IMG/VR virus record: IMGVR_UViG_3300021963_005690
Location: 1 to 64,000 of that record
Reading direction: 5' to 3' (one strand)
From: a virus
Length of the DNA: 64,000 nucleotides
Part shown: positions 1 to 9,056 of the stretch, piece by piece
Numbering within the stretch: position 1 is the stretch's first letter
Layout of the letters: every line of letters begins with the position of its first letter
Notes under the pieces: model-generated
The model's input: only the letters and a program-made list of their open reading frames with translations
Databases searched by the model: none
What the model was told of the DNA's origin: nothing
Translations under genes and position numbers: made by a program

Positions 1-98
1 ACCGATAGTCCTAAATGGATGTATTACATGGATGGAATTGTTTTTGCAGTTAATTTTGCAATTGTTTTTAAATACTTAACCGATATGATTGGAATATA

Positions 99-329
99 AT
101 GTTTATCACATTAACAAACGCAAATGATGCACACAAGGGAAATAAAATTTCAATCAATATTGATTTGATTGCAACAGTATTCAATACACCTAATCTTGCT
201 AAAAAAGAAGATGGTATAATTGAAAATATTACATATGTTTTTTGCCCTCCTCATGGTACATGGGAAGTACAGGAATCATTAGATGAAGTAGTAGCAGAAT
301 TAAACAACTTTAGATGGAATAAAAAATGA
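99..329 (+). CDS. small protein, FlbD/SwrD-like
   Basis: MFITLT..INIDLI..V.ESLDEV pattern recalls FlbD-like family; stop overlaps next start. Confidence 0.4.
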   Translation: MFITLTNANDAHKGNKISINIDLIATVFNTPNLAKKEDGIIENITYVFCPPHGTWEVQESLDEVVAELNNFRWNKK

Positions 330-607
330 ACGAAGATACTAGAGAAATACTTTTAATCTTACAAGAAGAATGTGCCGAAGTTACACAAGCTGTAAGTAAG
401 TGTTTTAGATTCGGACCAGATCAAATGAAACCAAATAAGCCAATGACTAATATCCAAATGCTTGAAGAAGAATTAGGAGACCTGTTAGCTATGATTGAAT
501 TGATTACAGATAACAATGTGGGTATTACTACAATGGGATTAGAGCAGGCCAAAAAGAATAAATTTAAGAAATTAAAGAAATGGTCTAACTTAACTATCAA
601 TAAATAA
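326..607 (+). CDS. MazG-like nucleotide pyrophosphohydrolase
   Basis: EECAEV and EEELGDLL acidic motifs of all-alpha NTP-PPases. Confidence 0.75.
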   Translation: MNEDTREILLILQEECAEVTQAVSKCFRFGPDQMKPNKPMTNIQMLEEELGDLLAMIELITDNNVGITTMGLEQAKKNKFKKLKKWSNLTINK

Positions 608-611
608 TAAT

Positions 612-941
612 ATGACATTGCTAGATATTATTCTTATATTGGCTCTAGGTTGGGTTATGGGTGAGTTTTATACTATCTATAAGTTACGTAAAAACCTTCG
701 TTCAGTAATTATTATTCAGGAAGAAGTATCAAGACCCAATGTTTTTAAATTAGAAACAGAAGAGGTAGACAATACTATATTGTTATATGACCGAGATACA
801 AACGATTTTATTTGTCAAGGTACTTCATTAGAGCAACTAGCACAACTAAGTAGAGAATACAAGAAAATTGAATATGCTACAGTAAAGCACGGAGATTATT
901 TTGTTGCATTTATTGAAGGCAAGGTAACGGAAAAAGTATGA
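612..941 (+). CDS. hypothetical protein with N-terminal membrane anchor
   Basis: hydrophobic N-terminus; tight operon packing. Confidence 0.6.
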   Translation: MTLLDIILILALGWVMGEFYTIYKLRKNLRSVIIIQEEVSRPNVFKLETEEVDNTILLYDRDTNDFICQGTSLEQLAQLSREYKKIEYATVKHGDYFVAFIEGKVTEKV

Positions 942-1474
942 AAGTAAATATTGGCAAGTACCCTAACAAAGGGACTCGCAGAAAAATCAATGTACAAATT
1001 GATAGATTTGATACTTGGAGTTTAGACCACACTCTAGCTATTATTATCTATCCAGCATTGATACAACTAAAACAAACTAAACAAGGTATCCCTAATGACT
1101 TTGTAGACGTTGGTGGCGAAGAATATAGTAGTCAACAAAGTTTTGATTTCTATGTTGAATCACACGATGCGGCATGGGAAGAAGGTGCTAAACGCTGGGA
1201 TGAAACATTAGATAAAATGATTTGGGCCTTTCAACAAATTGCATTTGAAGATTATGGGGACAAATATCATCATGGTGATAGTGCGTATGATTGGATTAAA
1301 AGTGATAAATCATATACTAATCCTGTAACAGGTAAAATGGAAGATACATGGCAAATGGTTGATAAAGATCCTGACGCACATTGGTATGATGCTGAAGGGC
1401 ATAAACTACATGAAGAACGTATCCAAGAAGGTTTGGATTTGTTTGGTAAATATTTTAGAGCTTTGTGGGATTAA
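938..1474 (+). CDS. hypothetical phage protein
   Basis: 178 aa ORF, ATGA overlap with upstream gene. Confidence 0.65.
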   Translation: MKVNIGKYPNKGTRRKINVQIDRFDTWSLDHTLAIIIYPALIQLKQTKQGIPNDFVDVGGEEYSSQQSFDFYVESHDAAWEEGAKRWDETLDKMIWAFQQIAFEDYGDKYHHGDSAYDWIKSDKSYTNPVTGKMEDTWQMVDKDPDAHWYDAEGHKLHEERIQEGLDLFGKYFRALWD

Positions 1475-1477
1475 TTA

Positions 1478-1717
1478 ATGTTTGATAAAATGGCGCAACA
1501 ACTAGACTTACAAACTCTAGGTAAAGGTAAAAAAGATTTTAAAATTAGTAAACAAGAGTTTGAAAGTTTTTGCAAAGGGTTTCTGTTTGAAGAACTCAAA
1601 GGTGATACTAGAATAGGTGAAGCCTTTTGTAAAAAGTATGATGAACCAAATTACGTACTAAGTATATTACCCGACCCTAGTGCAAAAGCACATATTAAAA
1701 AATTCTACGTTAAATGA
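1478..1717 (+). CDS. hypothetical protein
   Basis: ORF in tightly packed operon. Confidence 0.55.
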   Translation: MFDKMAQQLDLQTLGKGKKDFKISKQEFESFCKGFLFEELKGDTRIGEAFCKKYDEPNYVLSILPDPSAKAHIKKFYVK

Positions 1718-2214
1718 AACAAAAATTTATAGACTATTACATGGATATTGCTGACCTAACTAGTAAGCTAAGTTCAGCTATCAGACTAAATGTTGGCGCA
1801 GTTATCGTTAAAGGTAATAAGATTCTAGGTACAGGATACAACGGAATGCCAACTGGATGGACTAATGAATGTGAATATAAAGAATACATGCCCGGTGATA
1901 CTTGGGATGGAAATTTATATCCATTTGAAGAATATGATAGTACTGTAGAAAGTAATCGTAGATATCGTTTAGTTACTAAGGATGAGGTATTACATGCGGA
2001 AATGAATTGTTTGATGAAAGTGGCAACAAGTACTGAATCTAGTGAAGATGCTACATTGTTTATTACACATGCACCCTGCATACACTGTGCAAAAGCTATA
2101 TATCAATCTGGTATCAAAAATGTCTTTTATAGAGAATCATATAGAGATACAAAAGGATTAGAATTTTTAGAACAAGGCGGAGTAAGTGTCACCCGATACC
2201 CAATACAAAACTGA
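1714..2214 (+). CDS. dCMP deaminase (ComEB-like)
   Basis: GYNG, HAEMN and PCxxC zinc motifs. Confidence 0.93.
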   Translation: MKQKFIDYYMDIADLTSKLSSAIRLNVGAVIVKGNKILGTGYNGMPTGWTNECEYKEYMPGDTWDGNLYPFEEYDSTVESNRRYRLVTKDEVLHAEMNCLMKVATSTESSEDATLFITHAPCIHCAKAIYQSGIKNVFYRESYRDTKGLEFLEQGGVSVTRYPIQN

Positions 2215-2389
2215 AATGTCAATCGGCTACGGTCAATTAAAATCAATCATTGAATGGTGTCAAAGAAACTGTGCCAATGATTGGGGATATAATTGTCTAG
2301 AATTTGCAGGCGGAAGTGATGGTGGATTATATAATTTCTATTTTGAAACAGAATCCGATTACATAAACTTTATACTTTGGAAAAAATGA
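2186..2389 (+). CDS. hypothetical protein
   Basis: WC...F.F..ESD...F.LW pattern common in small phage proteins. Confidence 0.5.
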   Translation: MSPDTQYKTEMSIGYGQLKSIIEWCQRNCANDWGYNCLEFAGGSDGGLYNFYFETESDYINFILWKK

Positions 2390-2655
2390 AATATTATACT
2401 TTTTACCGTGAAAACAACGACTTTACTGATATACTAACAGACACCAACATTAAAAAAGTGGTTGATATGAAAATATCTTGGTATAGACATTTAATGATTG
2501 GAATGCAAAAAACTACGAATAGCGGTACATTCAGCTATATTACCTTGAAGTACGGTGATGAAATGATACCTAGTCTTACTAAAGATTATAGTCCGGTACC
2601 TGGTGTTGACTATGTACCTAAGAAAGATATCACAAAGTACGGACCTAAAAATTAA
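2377..2655 (+). CDS. hypothetical protein
   Basis: ORF continuing operon. Confidence 0.5.
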   Translation: MEKMKYYTFYRENNDFTDILTDTNIKKVVDMKISWYRHLMIGMQKTTNSGTFSYITLKYGDEMIPSLTKDYSPVPGVDYVPKKDITKYGPKN

Positions 2656-3383
2656 TAAAGCATAGATAGCATCTTTGCTTCTGGGATACGAGTTTTAGTA
2701 TTCTTTGAACCCAACAGGACTACGGTCCTGATTCCATTTGCGGTATCTATCATCATAACAATACATCCACCTGATTTAGTAATCCATCCTGTTTTGCTTA
2801 CTAGAAATGAATTATTTGGTCCTACTAGCGTGTTAGTATTTCTAAATTCTGCTATTTTCTTTTTATTAATTGTCCATCGTACCGCGTCCATATTACTTGC
2901 TTCTACTATTAGTGGATATTTACTAGCCGCAAATACTAGTTTAATTAAATCTTGTGCGGTGCTAACATTTGTAGATAGTAATCCAGTAGGATCAGTAAAA
3001 GCACTGTTATTCATTTGTAATGATATTGCTTTAGCATTCATTGCATTAATACAATTATTATATCCTCCCGGATAGTACTCACATAACAATTTGGCTGCAT
3101 TGTTATCTGATTTAACGATTGCCAAATCAATTAATGTTTCTCTTGTTAGTTGTTTGTTGTACAGTTTTTTTGGAATTATTTCTGTTAATGATTGACCACT
3201 ATCTAGTATTACCATAGCAGTCATTAATTTAGTGATACTAGCTATGCTACGTATTTCATGCATATTAGAAGCTTCAAATATTCTTCCACTATGATCTGCT
3301 ACTATCCAAGCTTGTGCCGTTAACGGTGAAGCGTGTACTGAAGAAACTATTAATGTTAGTATTGTTATTAGTTTTTTAATCAT
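2652..3383 (-). CDS. D-alanyl-D-alanine carboxy/endopeptidase, peptidase S11 (PBP7-like)
   Basis: signal peptide; SxxK (SITK), SxN (SDN), KTG motifs. Confidence 0.9.
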   Translation of the reverse strand: MIKKLITILTLIVSSVHASPLTAQAWIVADHSGRIFEASNMHEIRSIASITKLMTAMVILDSGQSLTEIIPKKLYNKQLTRETLIDLAIVKSDNNAAKLLCEYYPGGYNNCINAMNAKAISLQMNNSAFTDPTGLLSTNVSTAQDLIKLVFAASKYPLIVEASNMDAVRWTINKKKIAEFRNTNTLVGPNNSFLVSKTGWITKSGGCIVMMIDTANGIRTVVLLGSKNTKTRIPEAKMLSMLY

Positions 3384-3697
3384 ATTGATGTTCCCATCTT
3401 GTAATTAATTATTTTAATATCAGTTCCCATACCAACAATACAACTACTATCTTGTTTAGTAGCAACAATTGTCCAATTCTTTTCTATAGGGTGCATCCAA
3501 ACACTAAGTGTTGATTTAGCTTCATCAGATACCTTGCCTGTTAGTAGTGGCATTTCTTTATATTTCTCCCTAAGACTTTTAAAGAGTTCCGTTGTATTAT
3601 AACAGGGGAATTCTGTTTCTATAGTTTCTGTTAATTCTTGTGAGTGGGATATATTTGATAATAATATCAATCCAATGGTAAGGTAAATTGCTTTCAC
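3380..3697 (-). CDS. hypothetical secreted protein
   Basis: signal-peptide-like N-terminus, two Cys. Confidence 0.55.
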   Translation of the reverse strand: MKAIYLTIGLILLSNISHSQELTETIETEFPCYNTTELFKSLREKYKEMPLLTGKVSDEAKSTLSVWMHPIEKNWTIVATKQDSSCIVGMGTDIKIINYKMGTSI

Positions 3698-3788
3698 ATG
3701 GTTCTCCTATTTTAACTATTATATAATAATAGCGGTATATATTATGCTAATCAAATTTTACCGTAAGTTGATTAAATGTCTTAGAAAG

Positions 3789-3962
3789 TTATTTATTATT
3801 TTTTACAAACCAATAATGTTTCTGTAATTCTCTAAGAACTTCACTTTCTGGTTGTTTAAATTGTCTTGCTGCCATTTCAACAAAATCTAACCAACGAAAA
3901 CCATAATTATCATTTCCCTGGCACCATTGTTGGTACATTAATTGTAGTTCTCTACTAGTCAT
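3789..3962 (-). CDS. small hypothetical protein (57 aa, MTSRELQ...)
   Basis: translated by hand; ATGA overlap with upstream 51-aa ORF at 3959-4114. Confidence 0.45.
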   Translation of the reverse strand: MTSRELQLMYQQWCQGNDNYGFRWLDFVEMAARQFKQPESEVLRELQKHYWFVKNNK

Positions 3963-4200
3963 TTCTTCTTTTTTTCTTGTTCTGCTAACTTAGCTTTTAC
4001 ACCAGTAACTTCAAGTTTTGTCTCTTTTAATATCTTTTCTGATATAGGACTTGAATGATGTGCATGTAATTTTGGGGGTGTTTTGGGTCTGGGTTTATGC
4101 TTGAACCAACTCATCGGCTTCTCCTTCTGATTGGGTATAAATATATATTTAATTGATTAAATTCAATAAAATAGCATGAGTCATACTAAAAGGAAATAAC

Positions 4201-4737
4201 ATGGCAGAAGTAAAAACATTATCACGTAGTGAACGTGAAGCACAGATTAAAGATAGAGCCGGTTGGGTAATTACTGTTATTGCATTATTATTAGCAATTA
4301 CAACCTATATGTCTAGCGGATTCAGTGGCAAAATATTATCTAACACAATCAAAGCAAACGATACTTGGAACTTTTACCAAGCTAAATCTATCAAACAAAG
4401 TATTGCTGAAGGACAATTAGAAGCTACTACCGATCTAAAACGCAGAGAAGAATTACAAGCTAAGATTGCACGTTATGAATCTGAACCTGACAAAGGTGAG
4501 GGTAAAAAAGAATTAATGGCTAAAGCATTAAAGATTGAAGCTGAACGTGATGAAGCCAAAAAACATACACCATGGTTAACCTTTGCCGCAATGGCATTTC
4601 AGTTAGCAATTGTGTTATTATCTGCTAGTATTTTAGCTGTAGATAAGCGTATGTTTTGGGGAAGTATTGGTGTCAGTATTTTTGGAACAATGCTATTAAC
4701 CCAAGGCATTTGGCTTGTTTTACCTTTTGTGATATAA
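4201..4737 (+). CDS. DUF4337-like membrane protein
   Basis: NDTWNFYQAKSIK motif between TM segments; SD AAGGA. Confidence 0.7.
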   Translation: MAEVKTLSRSEREAQIKDRAGWVITVIALLLAITTYMSSGFSGKILSNTIKANDTWNFYQAKSIKQSIAEGQLEATTDLKRREELQAKIARYESEPDKGEGKKELMAKALKIEAERDEAKKHTPWLTFAAMAFQLAIVLLSASILAVDKRMFWGSIGVSIFGTMLLTQGIWLVLPFVI

Positions 4738-4744
4738 TAAGTTA

Positions 4745-5302
4745 ATGAAAATTAAGGATTTAATGGAAAATACAACTAAAGGGATGCCTCATCTTTACCT
4801 AGATATGGATGGGGTTCAGGCTGACTTTTTTGGGGCTTGGGCACAACGTCACGGTCTTACTCACTATAAAGAAATAGCTCATCCCGAAAATGCCATTAAT
4901 GAATTAGCAAATAGTAGTTCAAAAGAAGTATACAACTTTTTCCATGATTTAAAACCACTACAAGGTGGAATGCAAATCATTCAATGGTTGCACCAAAATA
5001 AGATTCCATTCACTGTATTAAGTGCTCCCTTACGTGGTCCTTATGCTAGTTCTAGTATACAAGCTAAAAAAGATTGGTTAGATAAACATAATCCTGGTAC
5101 TAGCAATAATGCTATCTTTACGGCTGCAAAATACAAATATGCTAAAAAAGATAATGAACAGAATGTATTAGTAGATGATTTTGGTAAGTATTTAGATGCA
5201 TGGAGCAAAGCAGATGGAATTGCTGTGAAACATGAAGATAGTAATACACAACATACTATTAAAGAACTAGAAAAGATTTATGCACCCTATTTAACTAGAT
5301 AA
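4745..5302 (+). CDS. 5'(3')-deoxyribonucleotidase, HAD family
   Basis: LDMDGV motif I, K..WL, LVDD motif. Confidence 0.8.
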   Translation: MKIKDLMENTTKGMPHLYLDMDGVQADFFGAWAQRHGLTHYKEIAHPENAINELANSSSKEVYNFFHDLKPLQGGMQIIQWLHQNKIPFTVLSAPLRGPYASSSIQAKKDWLDKHNPGTSNNAIFTAAKYKYAKKDNEQNVLVDDFGKYLDAWSKADGIAVKHEDSNTQHTIKELEKIYAPYLTR

Positions 5303-5309
5303 GTATAGT

Positions 5310-5495
5310 ATGTCTAAACCAGGTCAAGATCAAACCCGTTATGAAGTAATTACCCAAGAAGATGAAGTCACGGGTGATTTATTATTACCTATCCCTCCGC
5401 AATTACTAGCACAATTAGGATGGAGTGAAGGTGATGAGATTGAATTTGCTATTGATGAACAGGGCAAATATATTTTAAAACGTTCACATAAATGA
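5310..5495 (+). CDS. AbrB/MazE/SpoVT-like DNA-binding protein
   Basis: LPIP..LL.QLGW.EGD.IEF signature. Confidence 0.7.
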   Translation: MSKPGQDQTRYEVITQEDEVTGDLLLPIPPQLLAQLGWSEGDEIEFAIDEQGKYILKRSHK

Positions 5496-5884
5496 GTTAT
5501 CCAACTTACAATAACACTATGATAGGTGATTCATTTAATACAGTTACTGGTCCACCGGTTACTATTACTACATCTAATAATACTTCAAGTGGAAGTTTAT
5601 ATTGGGGAATAAATGGTACATCAAACACTATTATAGCAGAACCTAGCCTTAAAGGCAATTCACTTAGTGTTAAAGGTGATGCTAACTTTGAAGGTGAAGT
5701 AACTATCAAGGGCAAAAGCCTATCTGATATGTTTGAAAAAATTGAAGAAAGATTAGCGATTCTTCACCCAAATCCTGAACTAGAAGATAGATGGAATGAA
5801 CTAAAAGAACTGGCTAAACGCTATAAAGAACTAGAGCAAGAACTCATAGAAAAAGAGAAGGTTTGGGCAATCTTAAAGAAGTAA
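5492..5884 (+). CDS. hypothetical phage protein
   Basis: Thr/Ser-rich N-terminus, coiled-coil C-terminus. Confidence 0.6.
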   Translation: MSYPTYNNTMIGDSFNTVTGPPVTITTSNNTSSGSLYWGINGTSNTIIAEPSLKGNSLSVKGDANFEGEVTIKGKSLSDMFEKIEERLAILHPNPELEDRWNELKELAKRYKELEQELIEKEKVWAILKK

Positions 5885-5887
5885 GAT

Positions 5888-5916
5888 TTGACAAATAATC
5901 CATATTTTGCTATAAT
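5888..5916 (+). promoter_or_regulatory. sigma70-type promoter
   Basis: TTGACA-17 nt-TATAAT, perfect consensus. Confidence 0.8.
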
Positions 5917-5948
5917 AGAAACTGTTTAATAACTATGACACATACATC

Positions 5949-6344
5949 ATGACCATGCACTTAGCACATCCCGCACTAACTATGGGCGGTAAACGCAAAG
6001 GTAAAGTTAAGTTTCGCAATAGCGCAGAGGCACAAAAAGCCCGTCAGCTTGATGCCGACTGGAAAGAACTACAGAAAAAATGGGAAGTTGATGCCGATGA
6101 CAAAAAGCGCAAACGGGCGTTAGCGGCTGAACCATTATCATATACGTTATCCGCACCTGTAGGTCGTGAAACTGTACGAATTGGTAGTTTAGATACAGGT
6201 CACAAGGGTGCGGTTCGTACTAAAGATATTCCAAAATACACTGGTACTAAGATTCTTGGTATCGGAACAATGCATAAGTCTAATGCTGTTCCCGTCTTTA
6301 GTGATGAGGAAGCAAAGGCTATCAGTACTATGCGTAGAAATTAA
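5949..6344 (+). CDS. conserved hypothetical phage protein
   Basis: basic; C-terminal [14 protein letters not shown] motif. Confidence 0.65.
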   Translation: MTMHLAHPALTMGGKRKGKVKFRNSAEAQKARQLDADWKELQKKWEVDADDKKRKRALAAEPLSYTLSAPVGRETVRIGSLDTGHKGAVRTKDIPKYTGTKILGIGTMHKSNAVPVFSDEEAKAISTMRRN

Positions 6345-6366
6345 AAAGGAGCTTAAAGCAAAACAA

Positions 6367-6579
6367 ATGGCAAAAGAAGAAGGTTTAAGAATGGACGGAA
6401 CGGTAACTGATGTGTTACCTAACGCCATGTTTCGTGTCAAAATAAATGACACAAATGTAATGGGTTATATCTCTGGTAAAATGCGCCAGCATGATATTAA
6501 AGTTCTACTCGGGGATACAGTAGAATTAGAATTTAGTCCCTATGACTTAACTAAAGGCCGAATCGTGCGCCGACGTTAA
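6367..6579 (+). CDS. infA: translation initiation factor IF-1
   Basis: [37 protein letters not shown]; start moved to ATG 6367. Confidence 0.95.
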   Translation: MAKEEGLRMDGTVTDVLPNAMFRVKINDTNVMGYISGKMRQHDIKVLLGDTVELEFSPYDLTKGRIVRRR

Positions 6580-6614
6580 TCTCCCAATAGTCTTTCATAC
6601 GATAAATATATGTT

Positions 6615-7169
6615 ATGAGAGATATAATTCAATTACTTGAGGATAAAGCTAAACCTCAAGACATAGAAATAATACCACTAAACTTCACTGCGAGTGAGGT
6701 TAAACCTGTATTAAGCCAGGATACACTAGACCTACATTACGAAAAACTAGCCAAGGGCTATGCAGAACGTTATAATAAGGGTGAGGGCGACAAAGATTTC
6801 AATTATGCAGGTGCTTTCTTGCATAACACATTATTCCCTCAGTTCCGTGAAGTTAGAAATAATAATAAACCAAACGGGCCTATGTACGGATTTATCAATA
6901 AACATTTCAAAACATTTGACGATATGAAGTCAAAATTTGAAGAAGAAGCAATGAAGATACAGGGTTCTGGATGGATATATCTAGCATATGATGGTAGTAT
7001 AAAAACAATTAAAAACCATGAAGTAAGAAATGATATTCTACTATTGATTGATTGGTGGGAACATGCCTGGATACTTGATTATGGTGCAGACAAGAAAAAG
7101 TATTTAAAAGAACAATGGAAAATCATCAATTGGAATGTAATTAATACAAGATGGGGTAAGAGTTTATGA
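6615..7169 (+). CDS. Fe/Mn superoxide dismutase
   Basis: LHY, LHN, GSGW and DWWEHA motifs with metal ligands kept. Confidence 0.88.
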   Translation: MRDIIQLLEDKAKPQDIEIIPLNFTASEVKPVLSQDTLDLHYEKLAKGYAERYNKGEGDKDFNYAGAFLHNTLFPQFREVRNNNKPNGPMYGFINKHFKTFDDMKSKFEEEAMKIQGSGWIYLAYDGSIKTIKNHEVRNDILLLIDWWEHAWILDYGADKKKYLKEQWKIINWNVINTRWGKSL

Positions 7170-7492
7170 TAGAAATAACAGAGAATGCTACTATAAAGAT
7201 AGCCGATATTTTAGCGGAAGAAAACAATCCTAAAGCTAAGATACGTGTATTTGTTCAAGGTGGCGGATGTAGTGGAATGCAGTATGGTTTTACCATAGAT
7301 GAAGAACAAAATGAGGATGATTTTGAGATACCTGCAGGATCATTAAGTTTGTTAGTTGATAGTATTTCAGCACAATATTTAACCAATGCAAGCATAGATT
7401 ATGTTGAAGATTTGAACGGTTCACAATTTAAAATCAATAATCCTAATGCGGCAACAACATGCGGATGCGGATCGAGTTTTAGTCCGTCCTGA
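7166..7492 (+). CDS. erpA: A-type Fe-S cluster insertion protein (ErpA/IscA)
   Basis: GGGCSG.QYGF and TCGCGSSF motifs. Confidence 0.88.
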   Translation: MIEITENATIKIADILAEENNPKAKIRVFVQGGGCSGMQYGFTIDEEQNEDDFEIPAGSLSLLVDSISAQYLTNASIDYVEDLNGSQFKINNPNAATTCGCGSSFSPS

Positions 7493-7541
7493 CAATATCA
7501 CATTTAGTCCTTATTGATAAATACATAATAAGGATTAAATT

Positions 7542-9038
7542 ATGGCAATTTCAGGATTACAAGTAATTGATATTGGATTACAGAACGAATCTACGGGTAG
7601 TGATAGCCTATATACCGCCTTTAATAAGACTAAAAATAACTTTGCTGTAATAGCTAATACTGCTACACCTTTCCCTACATTTACCGGAAATGCTGGTATA
7701 AATGTAGTTGCTAATTCTAATACAGCAACAGTGGGAATTACAAATACCGGTGTACTTAGTATTATTGCCGGAACAAATATCACAATTGATAGTGCTAACG
7801 GAAATGTAACAATTAATTCGTCCGGTGGTTCTGGTAGTGGAACAGTCACTAGTGTAGGTGTTACTCCAGTATCATCCTCACGTCTTACAGTAACTAATTC
7901 TCCTGTAACAACAACTGGTAACATATCAATTGATTTAGCTAATTCTGGTGTAACTTCCGGAAATTACACATTACCTAATATTACTGTTGATACTTATGGT
8001 AGAATTACTAATATTAGTAATGGTGTAATTATAGGTAGTCAATTAACAAATGGTAATAGCAATGTAATAGTAGGTGCAAATAGTGATGTAACTATCGGTG
8101 TTAACGGTACTGCAAATGTATTAATAATTTCTGATACCACATCTACACTTAACGGAAATTTAGTTGTAAATAATTTGTCAGGCACTTTATTGTCCGGAAC
8201 ATTATCTACTGCCGCACAGCCAAACATAACTAGTTTAGGTTCATTAACAAGTTTGATTGTTACCGGTAATGTTAATGGTGCCAATATAACAGGTAATCAT
8301 TACGGAGCGGCTACTGGATTGACTTCTATTCCAGGTGCCAATGTAACAGGTGAAGTAACATATGCAACAACTGCAAATAGTGTAGCCGGTGCAAATGTAA
8401 CAGGTGCAGTAACATATGCAACAACTGCTAATAGTGTAGCTGGTGCTAACGTTTCGGGTACAGTAGCAAACTCAACATATGCAAACAGTTCGGGCACCGC
8501 AGGAACAGTTACAACAGTAGCACAGCCTAACATAACAAGTGTTGGTACATTATCATCATTAATTGTTAGTGGTAATATTAATGCAGGAAATGTAGGCGGT
8601 GCAAATGCGATAAGCGCCAATTATTTTATAGGTAGTGGTAATAATTTAAGTAATATACAGGCAGCAAATATTACCGGTAGGGTAGCTAATGCAACATATG
8701 CAAATACTGCTGGCTCTGCCACATCAGCTGGCAGTGCCGGTACTGCAACTTATGCTGCCACTAGTGGTTCTGCTGGAAGTGCTATTACTGCTACAACTGC
8801 ACAAACTGTCACATTAGGGGCACAAGGAAATATTACAAGTGTTGGTACATTATCATCATTAATTGTTAGTGGTAATGTCAACGCAGGAAATGTAGTTGTA
8901 AATGGAATATTTAAATTAGGTAGATTAACAAGTGCTCAAATTGCCAATCTAAGTGCAACCAACGGCGATATGGTTTACAATTCAACTCTTAATAAATTTC
9001 AAGGGTATGAAAATGGCGCATGGGCCAATTTGATATAA
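7542..9038 (+). CDS. fibre/baseplate-associated structural protein
   Basis: N-terminal IDIG..NE.TG.D.L..AF.K..NNF resembles T4 gp9/gp10-type N-termini; G/N/T-rich repeats. Confidence 0.65.
   Translation: MAISGLQVIDIGLQNESTGSDSLYTAFNKTKNNFAVIANTATPFPTFTGNAGINVVANSNTATVGITNTGVLSIIAGTNITIDSANGNVTINSSGGSGSGTVTSVGVTPVSSSRLTVTNSPVTTTGNISIDLANSGVTSGNYTLPNITVDTYGRITNISNGVIIGSQLTNGNSNVIVGANSDVTIGVNGTANVLIISDTTSTLNGNLVVNNLSGTLLSGTLSTAAQPNITSLGSLTSLIVTGNVNGANITGNHYGAATGLTSIPGANVTGEVTYATTANSVAGANVTGAVTYATTANSVAGANVSGTVANSTYANSSGTAGTVTTVAQPNITSVGTLSSLIVSGNINAGNVGGANAISANYFIGSGNNLSNIQAANITGRVANATYANTAGSATSAGSAGTATYAATSGSAGSAITATTAQTVTLGAQGNITSVGTLSSLIVSGNVNAGNVVVNGIFKLGRLTSAQIANLSATNGDMVYNSTLNKFQGYENGAWANLI
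8334..8450 (+). repeat. in-frame tandem repeat (GANVTG.VTYATTANSVA), about 2 copies
   Basis: 54-nt unit repeated in DNA and protein. Confidence 0.75.
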
Positions 9039-9056
9039 GAATTTAGGAAAATAAAA

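Noticed and set aside
5310-5884. Toxin-antitoxin pair
   Set aside because: The AbrB/MazE-like gene is not followed by a recognisable toxin.
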